From: Atractiella rhizophila
Taxonomy: Eukaryota
Direction of reading: 5' to 3'
DNA: 64,000 bases
Assembly: GCA_021432655.1 (NCBI GenBank)
Contig: MU271195.1
Coordinates: forward strand, 1-64,000
Shown: positions 52,531 to 64,000 of the stretch, one piece after another
How the letters are laid out: each line of letters opens with the position of its first letter
Numbering within the stretch: the stretch's first letter is position 1
Notes under the pieces: generated by a model
The model's database searches: none
Told to the model about the DNA's origin: nothing
What the model saw: the letters and a program-made list of their open reading frames with translations, nothing else
Position numbers and translations under genes: made by a program

Positions 52531-53889
52531 CCAGAACTTAAGCCTAGCGTCTTTGATGTAATTGATGAGGCATTTACCATCAAAACTCAATCTCTTGTTC
52601 CCTCTGCTCCAGTGTCTCGAATAAGAGGATTGAGAATACATTGGTTTGGTTATCTATTTAAGAGGATTGGGAATACATTCGTTTGGTTACCTATTCCGTA
52701 CCTCGTTTCTCCATGTTCTGTGACTACATCCCAACTTATTCGCCAAAGTCTCCTCTTTCGCAGAGAAGGACATCTTCCTCCCCTCCAACATGACAGATTG
52801 ATGAGTTTACGAGGGCGACAGGGTCCGAAGCTGCGAGGTGCGAGACCAACCAATAAGGATGTAATTTTAGCTATGTAAAGATGAAATACATTACCTGCGA
52901 GGTGCGAGACCAACCAATAAGGATGTGGTCTCGCACTCGCAGGACAACTCGCTTTTATCAGAGAAAAATGCTGAATAATGAGAAGGCGTAATTGGAAGTG
53001 AACAGAAAACTTGAACACACACCACAGTAAGGTAAGGATACTAAGAGAAGTGAATGCTCCCAGAAAGTAGGAGGCGTAAGTGTTCCGGTCACCCCATCAC
53101 AGATGAACTAAAAGGGTACAGCTGTAGCCATCACCAATGGGTCTAAAAGAAAAAGACGATGTAGAACCTTGCCTTCAATGCCAAAAATACCTTCTCTGAG
53201 GGTGAATATGTCCATCTGTGCCATATAGCCTGCAGAAAATATTGCATCACCATATTGTTCTTTGTAACCCCGTTATAAAAGCTATTGAGGCCTCAGACAG
53301 GAAACAGAAATCAAGGTATAAAAATTTACTTTGCGGAACTGCATGGTCAACGTGGAGTACTCTGATGAGAACTTGCTCGAGATATTCGACAGGATGATGC
53401 CACTGTGGATATCTTGTCCAGGACAGGATTGATAATCTGCAGTTGAATATCCAAAGACCCCGCAATACCGTCCACTACGGTAGGCATCTCTCAGACTCAT
53501 TGGTTTTCCTATGTTGTCATTCATCACGTATCTTGTGCGGACCGTCTGATGATGGCGTTCTTTCCTGCCTGTATCGAGGCCGAGCCTCGGAGCAGAGTAA
53601 TAACACCTGTTTGAAAGCTTTAACAATACAAAACATGGATTATGCAAAGAAACAAACCACCAACTGCCATGAGAATCCCGGTTACAATCACCAAACCATT
53701 GAAAAATAATACGCGGCGATCCAAGCCCTTTTGTGACGCAGAATCAGTGGACAGAATGGTTGGCCAGAGAGAGGAGTGAAGAGTTTTCGCTAGATTCGAC
53801 CAGGTGACGGCAGAGTTGGTTGTTTTGATGAAGGAAATGAGACAGTTGATGAAGGAAATGAGACAGAGGATGAGGCGTATGCTCGATAC

Positions 53890-54645
53890 TGACAGAATCG
53901 TGCGCCTCCTCCTTTCGCCACTTGTGCACTTGCGCGTTTAGTTTCCTTCGAGCACTTTCTAGAACTGTGGCCAACCTTTTGCCACAGGGATCTCTCTGTT
54001 ATAAAAGCCTGTAAACCTGCAAGTGCGAGGCTTATACTCATTGTTATCTCGCACTTCGCAGGTAATGTAGTTCCCTTACATACTGAATGCAACTGATACT
54101 CATTGTTATCTTGCACTTCGCAGTGCTAATACATTTGTCAGATACCAGAGTGAGATTTTTGAGGAGGGAAAGGACTAAAGACAGCCCTCTGATGTGGGAC
54201 TAGCGGGCCTGCACCATAGTTAAGACAGGCTTGTGCAATCCGAATTCCAAACTCAAGCCATGACCAAATCAATTATGGTGAGAGCCCGTAGGTTGCCGCA
54301 GAAATTGATGAGAAGGATCCTAACCCGTTACCCTTCCCTCATACCTCACAGATTTTTCCTTGCACCCACAGACAACCCGTGCGGTGTGCGGGTTTCCAAA
54401 ACCGTGTGACATGCCTAGTGATACGTTAAGATGCAAGGAAACTACGTAGCTATGTTACCACAGGTCACAATGTAAGAAAGCATGAGCCTCGCACTCGCAT
54501 TTACAGCTTTAAATTTATATAGCAAGAGATCCCTGTGGCGAAAGCAGACTTGCCACAGTTCCAGAAGATGCTTAAGAAAGTAAAACGCACAAGTGTGCAA
54601 GTGGGTCGCCTAAGGAGGATGGCACACACGATTCCATCAGGAATG
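53890..54645. repeat. Older diverged inverted repeat pair (~53890-54125 and ~54480-54645) related to the outer TIR motif
   Basis: GCCACAGGGATCTC...AGTGCGAGGCT is mirrored by AGCCTCGCACT...GAGATCCCTGTGGC. The motif TCTCGCACTTCGCAGGTAATGTA at ~54046 matches TCTCGCACCTCGCAGGTAATGTA in the outer TIR. Confidence 0.65.
54200..54417 (-). repeat. Diverged copy of the hAT left-end module (8951-9191)
   Basis: GGATCCTAACCCGTTACCCTTCCCTCATACCTCAC...TTTCCAAAACCGTGTGACATGCCTA is the reverse complement of the hAT left end. Confidence 0.85.
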
Positions 54646-55154
54646 CCAACTTATCTAACTCATGGACAAGCACAGATATAGATTTCGTAGTGTTCAGACG
54701 TGACTATGCTATCTGGAAACTAGCTCAGGAGGATGATCTTGAAGAGATCTTAGAAGCTGCTTGGGCAAACTTTTCTTTGTGACACTATCAGATCAAATAT
54801 TTGGTCAGCAGCGAAAAATTGTGATTGATTCCCCATCCTCCAGTTTCATCCCATCTCTCCTTCACAACGACATCGCGATTATCGATGATGCCGCAAAGCC
54901 ACCATCTTCCATCATTCAATCAAACCATCCGAATCCGGAACTCTCCGACTGCGGAACACAAAGCGAACACTCCCTCCGACCCCTGGCTCCAAAAAATTCA
55001 ATTTGGTCCGCCAACTTGAAGAACTTGACACATTTCATCGTCCGAACTTATCTGCACTAGGCACGGACGGTGTGTACCACCGTGTTCCTCAAGGAGCTCT
55101 GGCCACTGGTTAGACATCCACTTTTACATACTAGCAGTGCATACAACATTGGTA

Positions 55155-58100
55155 CTACCCCCACAAGCGGCGCGAATGATCTGATAACGAATCAAATTGG
55201 GCTGCAGAGCGTTTGACTTGATCGACAGATCTGATATGTTCGGATGGTCTGCAATGAGAAGAAGAGCCAGCCAGAACTGAGGAAGATGTGGCTGGTTTCG
55301 CAGGATTGGACGATATCGAGGAGGCCGAGGTTGAAGGGGATGGAGGACCGTTTCCAGAAGTTGGTTGCTTCCCGATGAGCTGAGAATGTCGTTGGTGAGG
55401 AATATTGGGTTGAGATTGACTGAGTGCTGCGCTCAATCCAACCATCTGATCTGCACGCAGCTTCGTGATCACATCCTCGTTTGCCTGTTTCAAGACCACG
55501 AAATTCTTGTAATCAAACGTCCCAAAGTCGGTTGCTGAACCTGGATCTGGCTCTGCTCGCATACTTCTGGACATACGTTTCTTTGATCTGGCGACTGACG
55601 GGTTCATTGAAGTGTCTCCCCCCGGCATATGCTCGCCAGTATCGATATCCTTCACAACTCCAACATCCTCATCATCAGAATGCTTTCCAACAGCCCCTCT
55701 CGCGTCAAAGTAATCTGTCGACTCAGGATCCATGACGTTCGGAATGAATGGTGCTTCTTGAGAGAGCAGATTCTCCCAATCAATATTGTTGAAGAATGGG
55801 TGGTCCTTAACCTCCTCCGGGCCATTCTTCCCAAACCGTCGTTTCGTGTCCGAACACATAAGTCGCTCCATTAGATCCTTCGCTTCGCTAGAAATCTCCA
55901 GCTCATCCTCATGCCAATCGATTCGACCTGCCAAAATCTTTTCAAAGACTTTCGCAGGAGTTGCAGCATGGAAAGGAGGTATGCCGTAAAGGAACCTGAA
56001 GAATATATCAGTAAATTAAACTCTTGGACCACAGATGGTGAACGAACTCGTAAAGGATCACCCCCAACGCCCACTGAATCACCCTCAATCAGCAAACGTC
56101 TTGCCACCGAGCAAAGCAGAAAGGTACCCAATCTACACCCTCGTCTATACAAATACCTAAAATACTCTCTGGAGGGAGATAATCTGGACTTCCAACGACA
56201 TGTTTGGACGACGTATTGGACCGCGATGGATTGCTCGGATGAGATCGAAAAGCTGTGTTTATTCCTGCAACGAAAGAAATAATCGGACAGTCCGACACTC
56301 GAGGAATGCTCGTCGTCTTTGATCTACCCCCAGACCTCCTGCCGGACCGCCCTCCAGCCCCAGAGCTTTCCGGTTCAGTGGCGGCAGCGCAATCATCTAT
56401 CGCTAGGAAATTGGTAAAGTACGATTCCATCGATCCTGCAGCTGTAACAGGCTCAGAGCTTGGTGTGGAAAGATTCGAGGGGTTTATAGAGGTTGATCGT
56501 GATTGCTTGGGGTGGTGATATCGCCCTTTCCCACGCGTAGGATACAGACCACTGTGAATCCATGGTTGTCGTCCCAGTAAACCGATTCGACTGAGCCCAA
56601 AGTCAGTAAGTTTGAGATGTCCTTTGGAGTCAACGAGAAGGTTATCTGGCTTCAGGTCCCTATGCAATGGATTAGTAAAACTCAAACAAGATGTAGACGG
56701 AAGAAACCTATGGACGATACCCGAATTATGAAGATACCCCAACCCCAAAGTAATCTCAGCAACATAAATCTGAGACCACTCCTCCGAGAAGCTACCAAGC
56801 ATCTTCAAAAACGCAGCACAATCTCCACCGTTCAAGTACTCCATCACTAGGTACAAATAATCCTTGCTTTGGAAAGTGTAAAACAACCTTGCCACGAAGT
56901 CGGATTCAGCCTGGTTCATTAAGATCATCCGCTCTGCCTTGACGTTGGTGACTTGATTCTTTGCGATCATGTCTGACTTCTTCAGCACCTTGATCGCATA
57001 GTAATCCCCCGTAATTTTCTTCCTAGAAAGATACACACTTCCAAACGCTCCTTTCGAAATCGGTTTGATCACTTCGAAATCCTGGATCGATGATGCTTTC
57101 AATCTTGTTGAAGGAATGGGGGGTATGCGGAGCGAAAGTGGTACAGTTAGGGGGGTACCTACCATGGAAAACACTGGCTGAACAGGAGAGATGGCTGGTG
57201 AAGGCACGTGGGGTAGTGGGAGAGAAATAGGAGAGGGTCCACTGACACGACTCGGTTCGTTTAATGCTGGAGAAGTGTACTTTTGTTGATTGTAAAATGG
57301 GGAAGCGGGATGAGCAGTAACAGTACCAGAAGCGAATAATGGAGTTGATGGAGGCCTTGTCGGGGGCTGAGAGATTTCAGAGGTGTAGTTCTTGACCATT
57401 GCTTCCCATTCCTGTCGAATACGTTCCCCGTAGATAATAGTCTGACTATTCTCGCTACACTTCTCGTTATGCCTTTCGAAGAAATATGCTGGTATTTGAC
57501 GTTCGCAGATTCGACATAAAACAGTACCAGGAGGGAAGTGGGTGAGGTCGAAGGGGGGTGCGACGAGGCTTGATGGACGGCGCGAAGGTGTTCGAGTACA
57601 TCCTCCAGTCGGTAAAAGCTTCTTCTGGCCACACTCTCGTACAACCCACATGGTATGCGAATTATTACCCGAAATACGATCATGCATAAGCATACCCATC
57701 CCTTCCAACGTCGCAAACAAAGTAGCGTCCGCTGTCTCCAAATCATCGTTCTCTGTCTCAGCTTTGAAGATAATGTGAAAGTGAGCTTCGACGGTGCGAG
57801 AATCGTCCTTTTCGAGCGCTCGTGTGGCTTGCTGGAAGACGTGTTTATCGCCTTCGTAAAGGAAATCAAAGATCGGACGTCCAATGCACACTGTTGGAGA
57901 TGTGTAAAATGTTAGTAATACTTTGTTCATGAACATTCTGGAACTTTCTATTTGCCACAAGCTCTCATGTATATAAACACCTGTTCTTGTGTTTCTGCTG
58001 CTCATGCGTTTGCAAGAGCTCAGCCAAACGTAATACATTTGTTTGAGGTTAACAAAGCAGGAGAGAAAAACAACACACACGTCAGGATCCAACCTGTGAA

Positions 58101-58372
58101 TCTAATCAATACCAAAAAGCAAAAACGAAAGAAAAAAAACATGTACCCAGTTATCTCAAACCAGGTCGCAGACACATACTGAAGCACCTGTTCATCCAAA
58201 CTCAACTCTAATACTAATCTTCCATTTCTCGCCTGTTCGACTGCACAATCCAAAGCATCAGCAGTAACAGGTCCGAACACTGGCGGAGGCATCTCGAAAT
58301 CACCAGTAACATTAGTTTGTTCGTCCGCAATCGCAGCGTCCGTTCGTTCGAGTGGTAAAGCAGTCGTCGATG
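55155..58372 (-). CDS. Rim15/Cek1/Greatwall-family AGC kinase, truncated and internally deleted paralog
   Basis: PAS-like region, CRICER..HNEKC zinc finger, KPISKGAFGSV, YAIKVL, HR-DLKPDN, DFG, kinase insert, GSPDYLPPE, WALGVILYE-FLYGIPPF and AGC tail (DPESTDYFD, FGTFDYKN). Introns retained; no C-terminal receiver domain. Confidence 0.88.
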
Positions 58373-59000
58373 GTGATGGGGTGACCGGAACACTTACGCC
58401 TCCTACTTTCTGGGAGCATTCACTTCTCTTAGTATCCTTACCTTACTGTGGTGTGTGTTCAAGTTTTCTCTTCACTTCCAATTACGCCTTCTCATTATTC
58501 AGCATCTTTCTCTGATAAAAGCGAGTTGCCCTGCGAGTGTGAGACCACATCCTTATTGGTTGGTCTCGCACCTCGCAGGTAATGTATTTCATCTTTACAT
58601 AGCTAGAATCACATCCTTATTGGTTGGTCTCGCACCTCACAGCTTCGCCCCCTGTCGCCCTCGTAAACTCATCAGATGGTGCCATAGGGAAGAACTGCGT
58701 TTGGTCAAAACCCGCAGATGCAGACGAATGTGGTGAATAAGCTGATGTCGGTTGAGGATCCGTTGGACTTTGTTAAGGTTGAGCTTGTTGAGGAAATGAC
58801 GTCAAATTAAGTGAGAAATTCGGATTTCTTCTTTCCTGCAGTCATTTGCAAATTAGTGTCGTTTCCCGCTGGTCGTCAGGCCACTTTCCGGTGGCAAATT
58901 TCACGTGATTTTGTTGCAGAAGCGCGCAGGCAGTGTCCGCATTCTTCAGCCCCAGCTCAGCCAGCTTCATCTCGCGTTCCGTGTTCTCGAAAACAACAAC

Positions 59001-61245
59001 ATGATGGAGAGAAACAACTACGCTATGGCTCTGATCCCCCCAGCAACAATGGCCGGGCTAGCCATAGGCCACCGTCTACCCCTCGACTCCTTGCTCACCA
59101 ATGTGCCCTGCCCGTGACGACTACAGTGACGTTCAGCCAGTTCGTCCCTCACTCTCAAGTCGCTCGCCGGAGCCAGTATATTCCACAAGTGCAAGATTAC
59201 ACAAGATATCTTGCAGTAACACAGCAGCAGCAGGAGGAGACTGCTCGGTGTCGAGAGGTGGTTGCTCACCGGGAGAACATTTGGCGACAAGAGATGGAGA
59301 CGAGGTTAAGTGTGAAAGGAGTGAAAGGGATTCGCACTGAGTGAGTACTTCCCTTGCTGTACAAAGAGGTGTTGGAGAGAACCAATCATGTGCTGTGGGA
59401 TTTTCTTAATGGTAACCCTGTGTGTCGAGTGAGAATTGCTTGCACATGTCGGCATTCTGCATACACGCGTTTGCACCTCAGCCTGGGAAGCAATAGAATA
59501 GAGCTAATGTTGGCACGGGCTTTAGGGCTGCCCTTCAGCAAACACGGGTTCCAGCGCTCCTGCATCTACCTCCGAATTCGTATGTGCTCTCCATTCTATG
59601 TTAGCACTGTTGATTGATGAAGCAGGCCAAAAAAAATCGACATCGCAACACACTCATTGCAGCTCTAGATGCGGTAGATCTAGATGACGACGTGGATGAC
59701 AACGACGTCCACGAAATCCAGCCGAAGGCGACCGCACAAGTTTTCCAGGCCGGTCAGCAGAAGGAGCCTAGGAGTGGAGGACCATGTAAGCTCCTTCCAT
59801 TGTGTGTTTTCAATTCAAGAGATTGATAACAAGGTAGCTGAGTGCAAGATTGCGTACACACATTGGACAATCAAGAAAGGCAGTCAGCACAAACTTTCAG
59901 AAGCAATGAGGAAGAACACTTTTACTTCAAAATTCTTGGTCACATTCAGTGGGATCGAATATCAAGAGTTTTTGCAGCAAATTCTCCTAACTCTAGGCCA
60001 GCTTTCAGTGCATCGGATTCCTCCACAATTTTGTATCGATGCTGCGTCGACATTGCCAATGGTTTATACTCGGAACAGCATGAAGTGGGTCTAGAATCAC
60101 CTGTTGTAGCTAGAACTGACAAGGGGAGAAGGAAGGCAGATGCCATCCCTCTCCGAGACAAGGAAGATTTCAACGTCCTGAAACGGACAGTTTATCAGAA
60201 CTATACTTTTTATTTCGAGGTTGAAGATCTTACCCATCTCAAGTGGAGTGGAGAAACAAGCAAGAAGGCATTGTTTTTGTCCAAACCTGTGTTTGAGGGA
60301 ACGACCGTTCGAGCTCCTCTTCCAGAGCACCAGGTACTAATGAGAGCACAGATCCCCAAACGACATGACATCCCTTCATCGATGGAAAAGCAGCTGGATT
60401 TACAGAATAAGATTGAAAACAGGTACCGGTGTGGCCAGGTATCACTTTCCCATCTTCCCGATAGAGACTGACACGGAGTTAGTGCTCCAGGGATGCGATT
60501 GATGGGAAGAGTGGACCATTTTGCTGGACACCCCCAAATCCACAGTACGGTGATAAACATGACCACCAGCAGTTCACCAACAAGCAGGTCGTCGCTTTTG
60601 CCAGATATGTTGTACGTGTGCTTGGCTAAATTCATAACATATTCTGATAAGAATCAGGCTTCCGTTGGTGATGACGGCTTAATCCAAAAGTGTCCCCCAC
60701 CTCTCCCTGAATTCCGTGACTGGATGACAGATGAGCAACGAGGTGCTGTCGATGAATTGAATGATGCTAACAGACACTGTCGCCTGGTCTCTTCAACTCC
60801 TGCGAACCTTGACCGACCGAAAAAGCAGCGAGGGATGGAGAGATCGAGACCGAAAGCGAGAGGATCTGAGGCTATTGGAGAGGAGATTGCCAAGGGGTTG
60901 TTAGAGGCCTTAAATGGGGGGTATAAACGAGCTAGGTCAGTTGATGAGGAACAGGATAGCCCTTCGCCAACAATCATCTCACTGAACGAGGTCCTTTCTG
61001 CCTTCGACACTGCTAATCCGAATTTCAATCCTTCTGCGACCTTGTACCTCCCTGCCTTTGAAGAAAATGGTGTCACTGCAGTTCGCCTGGCCGATATCTA
61101 TGCATACCCGGACAGGGAGAAGGATCTTAAGGAGGAATTGGCTGAGGAGGTCCAGATCAAGAAGCTGAGGCTGTCAGCGCTGGCCCGATATGCAGCTGAG
61201 ATGGTTTATGGAGAAGAAAAGAAGGGTAAGAGAGCAAGGAAGTAG
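59001..61245 (+). CDS. Second gene inside the Tc1-like element: Cys/His cluster plus possible C-terminal SAM-like helical domain
   Basis: Multi-exon gene. Spliced segment RYRCGQ-CSRD..FCW..HDH..FARY..PPPLPEF, then SLNEVLSAFD..YLPAFEENGV...LARYAAE. Confidence 0.55.
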
Positions 61246-61439
61246 TGAGAAGCAAGGTGCTTTTGTGCGACTCCCTATCTTTGTAAATATTCAGATTTAC
61301 CATATATATATACGAATGGATGCACAAAGCTTTCTACTTACTTTCTTGTTCTCAAACGCTAATGAAAGAAGACTACTGTAGCGATATTGACCTGAAAACA
61401 AACCATCCTGCACTTTTATACATTATAAGAAAAAATTAG

Positions 61440-62660
61440 TCTTCATTGAAGAGTGAGTGGTTGAAGTACGCATTGGCCAGCCCAGATTCATTGAAGTCGT
61501 TGACCGCTGCTGCAATCACGGTGCATTTTGTGACAGCAGTGAGCGGGCTCGTGTTGTTGCAGCCATTTTTTCAACCAGGCAAAGACTTCCTCACATGGGT
61601 TGTAGTCCGGCGAGTAGGGAGGGAGGAAGAGGAGACGGACACCTACAAATAGTGGACAGTTAATAGATTAAGTGATGATCAATGGACTGACCCCACTGCC
61701 CCTCAACCAGTTCCCGGAGTGCAGCTCCATGATGGATGGATGCATTGTCCATAACAATTACAGAGTTGGGCTGAGGGTTGGCTGGATCCCAAGGATTCGT
61801 AATCGGCAGCTAGTCAAGAGCTGAGCAACCCAAGCATGTAGAAGAAGGAAAAGAACACACAACATCTTCCCCCAAAAACTGGAGGAAGTCATCCCTCGAC
61901 ACTCCTATTTCAAGTAGCCGATAAGCCATAATCCCTTCACAATTAAGTGCAGGGATCATGCTAACCCTGATTCCGGTGTTAAAGAGCTCACGGCGGGCTG
62001 CCATTTGTACTCCTCCGCCCAACCATGCCTGAAAACTTCTTTACTGAAGGAAGGGGGAAACATGAAGTACCTACGTACGATGCAGCTCTGCATCAGCAAA
62101 ACCTGCCTCATCTGTGGTAATGATGTAATGACGGAATAGATCAGCTATTGTAGCTCTCCACCACGTCCTGACACGCTCATCACGCTGGGCAGCTCACTTG
62201 GAGAGCCCTTTGCATGTAATCCCCATGCGTATCAATGCCCGCCAGACAGATGCGATTGAGACATATTGTTCATAAGTGTGGAAGAGTCGGTCCCTGAGCT
62301 CATCGACATACAGCCCAGGGTTAGCTGCAAGGTTTGCTTTGAGGGAGAGGAGCTGCTTGCGTGTCAGTATGCGTGGTTGACCTCCCTTAAGCTTCGTGGG
62401 ATCAATTGGTTGACCAACTCGCGAAAGACCTTAAAGACGCGTTGCACAGTGCGAATGCTGCAGCAGGCACGAAGGGCAATAACCTCATTACTGTCACCCA
62501 TTGCTTTCCAGATTAGGAACAACTCCTTGAGCTGTCTCATAAGTCGATTGCCATGTGAACCGTATTTGATGGTAGAGAGTGCTGGGAGCCCAAGATGTGC
62601 TCTTAGATAATCATTTCGACTTGTTCTGCTCCAGGAACTTGATCCATGATGAGAAGACAT
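61440..62660 (-). pseudogene. DDE_3 (IS630/Tc1-like) transposase, disabled
   Basis: HTH (ACCSIRTVQRV), NPGLYVDEL..VSIASVWRAL, TTDEAGF (D1), VIVMDNASIHH (D2) and FLPPYSPDYNPCEEVF (E). In-frame TGA near 62195 (GLSK*AAQR). Confidence 0.88.
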
Positions 62661-64000
62661 TGAGCATTCATTCCATTCGAATACAACTGATCTTGTTTAT
62701 CTGCTGCCAGCTGGCCAGCTGGCGTTGTTTTCCTCATTCTCATTCTCATTCCAAGAGAAACTTGATGATGACGACACAACCGAAACGCACATCGCGTCAC
62801 TTCTTGCGCAGATTTGCCACCCGGAAAGTGGCCGGCTGAGATTGACGACGAGCGGGAAACGACACTAATTTCGCGAATGACTGTAACCATCAAAGGTCCA
62901 AGATGCTTCTCGAGTGTTCTTGGGACATCGCCGTTGTCCACCTCAACGTCGATCTTATTTTTGCTACCTTGGTTGTTTACGCACTCAGGGCACCAGAAAT
63001 GATTTTACAATCGGGTCATTTGATGGTTTTGTGAGTGTGACCTTAATTGTGAGAGGATGCATGTCACTCGCCAGTAAAATTCAGATTGTATCGGCGTTAC
63101 TTGAATCAGTTATTGTACACTACACAAAGATTGTCCCTAAACTTAACCATGAAATATCTGTGATATCAGTCGATGGACAAGGAATGACCACGACGATGTT
63201 TTCCCAGGGTTTAAGCGTGATGATGATGATGATGAAGTCATATTAACGAGCTTTTTAGGACAGGAAGGTCATGAAGCTCTCCACTTAGATTGTAGATATA
63301 TGGCCCCGTGGGTTAGTCGCCTTGGCCATTTGACCAGATTCTTCTCCCTTTCAATTCCATTTACTTCCTACTCCTCTCCGAACGCAGGGGCCCTTGCAGG
63401 TGGTGTGTTCGTCTGGTTTTGTATATCGGCGTAGATGGCTGGGTGAGAGTCAAAACTCCCCTGAAGGATAGATTTTGACGCAATGCTTGATTGCGATTGT
63501 ATCCAAGAGATGTTAGATGCATGTTCTGTAAACGGGGATAGTGGAAGTAGAAATACAAAGAATATGCTGAAGCCAATGAGGAAGAAAGGGAGTTAAAAGA
63601 AAGAGTAAAAGGTGTTGTAAAGCTAAAGAAGACCAAATCTAAGGGGTTAAAGAGAAGGATTCAGAAAGGCTTAGCTTCAGAATCCACGGGCATGAGGAGG
63701 TTGAGTGTGCCTTCTTATCCTACCCCAACCCGGATGCCCAGACGGCAGGGCAGCATCATGAGCTTTCTTCTTGTGTCGTAGGACCCTCTCAGTGGCTCAA
63801 GTGTGGGTAGGAAACCTCCTGGATGCACGGATGAATTTCCAAAGCGGTGGAAGGGCGTCAGGGTTGGAAAGGACCGTGGTGTAGCTAGTTCTGAAAGCAT
63901 CTTGTAGGTGGCAGCTGATGATAGCTCGCCTTTGGCCTTGTTGTGGTGTTTGGATGTGTTGGGATTCGAAGGCAGAGAGGGGGCAAGGGAGTGAATGGTT

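Larger units (their letters stand above)
52799..58674. mobile_element. Non-autonomous element with 302-bp TIRs carrying a captured kinase gene
   Basis: 52799-53100 is a near-identical reverse complement of 58373-58674. Termini TG...CA, flanked on both sides by GAT. No transposase recognised inside. Confidence 0.88.
58839..62883 (-). mobile_element. Tc1/mariner (IS630-like) DNA transposon with two genes
   Basis: Imperfect ~65-70-bp TIRs: CAGTCATTTGCAAATTAGTGTCGTTTCCCGCT... at 58839 and ...AGCGGGAAACGACACTAATTTCGCGAATGACTG ending 62883. Right flank TA, left flank TG. Confidence 0.85.

Noticed and set aside
54226..54234. CAGGCTTGT as a second TIR of a small MITE
   Set aside because: It aligns with internal hAT left-end sequence that continues past it, and no TSD is present.
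62886..64000. Possible further mobile-element remnant at the right edge
   Set aside because: Only short ORFs without motifs, and truncated by the window.

Overview
Eukaryotic, intron-dense fungal DNA, most likely a basidiomycete judging from ~50-nt GT-AG introns and the gene families present. There is one 509-nt assembly gap. The two ends are transposon-rich and the middle is a block of ordinary genes. Left part: a degenerate Ty1/copia element, a decayed transposase-like gene, an apparently intact 4-kb hAT element, and a 9.4-kb CACTA/EnSpm element. The CACTA element carries a LINE fragment, a solo LTR and an 810-nt T-depleted tract, and sits inside what appears to be a Zn2Cys6 transcription factor gene. 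Middle: a large SRA-like-domain protein head-to-head with RPT5, two hydrolases, MIS12, a DHA2 MFS transporter and small membrane or helical proteins. RPT5 and MIS12 each have one unusually long, self-complementary first intron. Right part: a 5.9-kb element with 302-bp TIRs that has captured an intron-containing, trimmed Rim15/Cek1-type kinase gene, then a 4-kb Tc1/IS630-type element that carries a second, convergent multi-exon gene. All calls come from reading the sequence by eye; no searches were run and exon boundaries are approximate.
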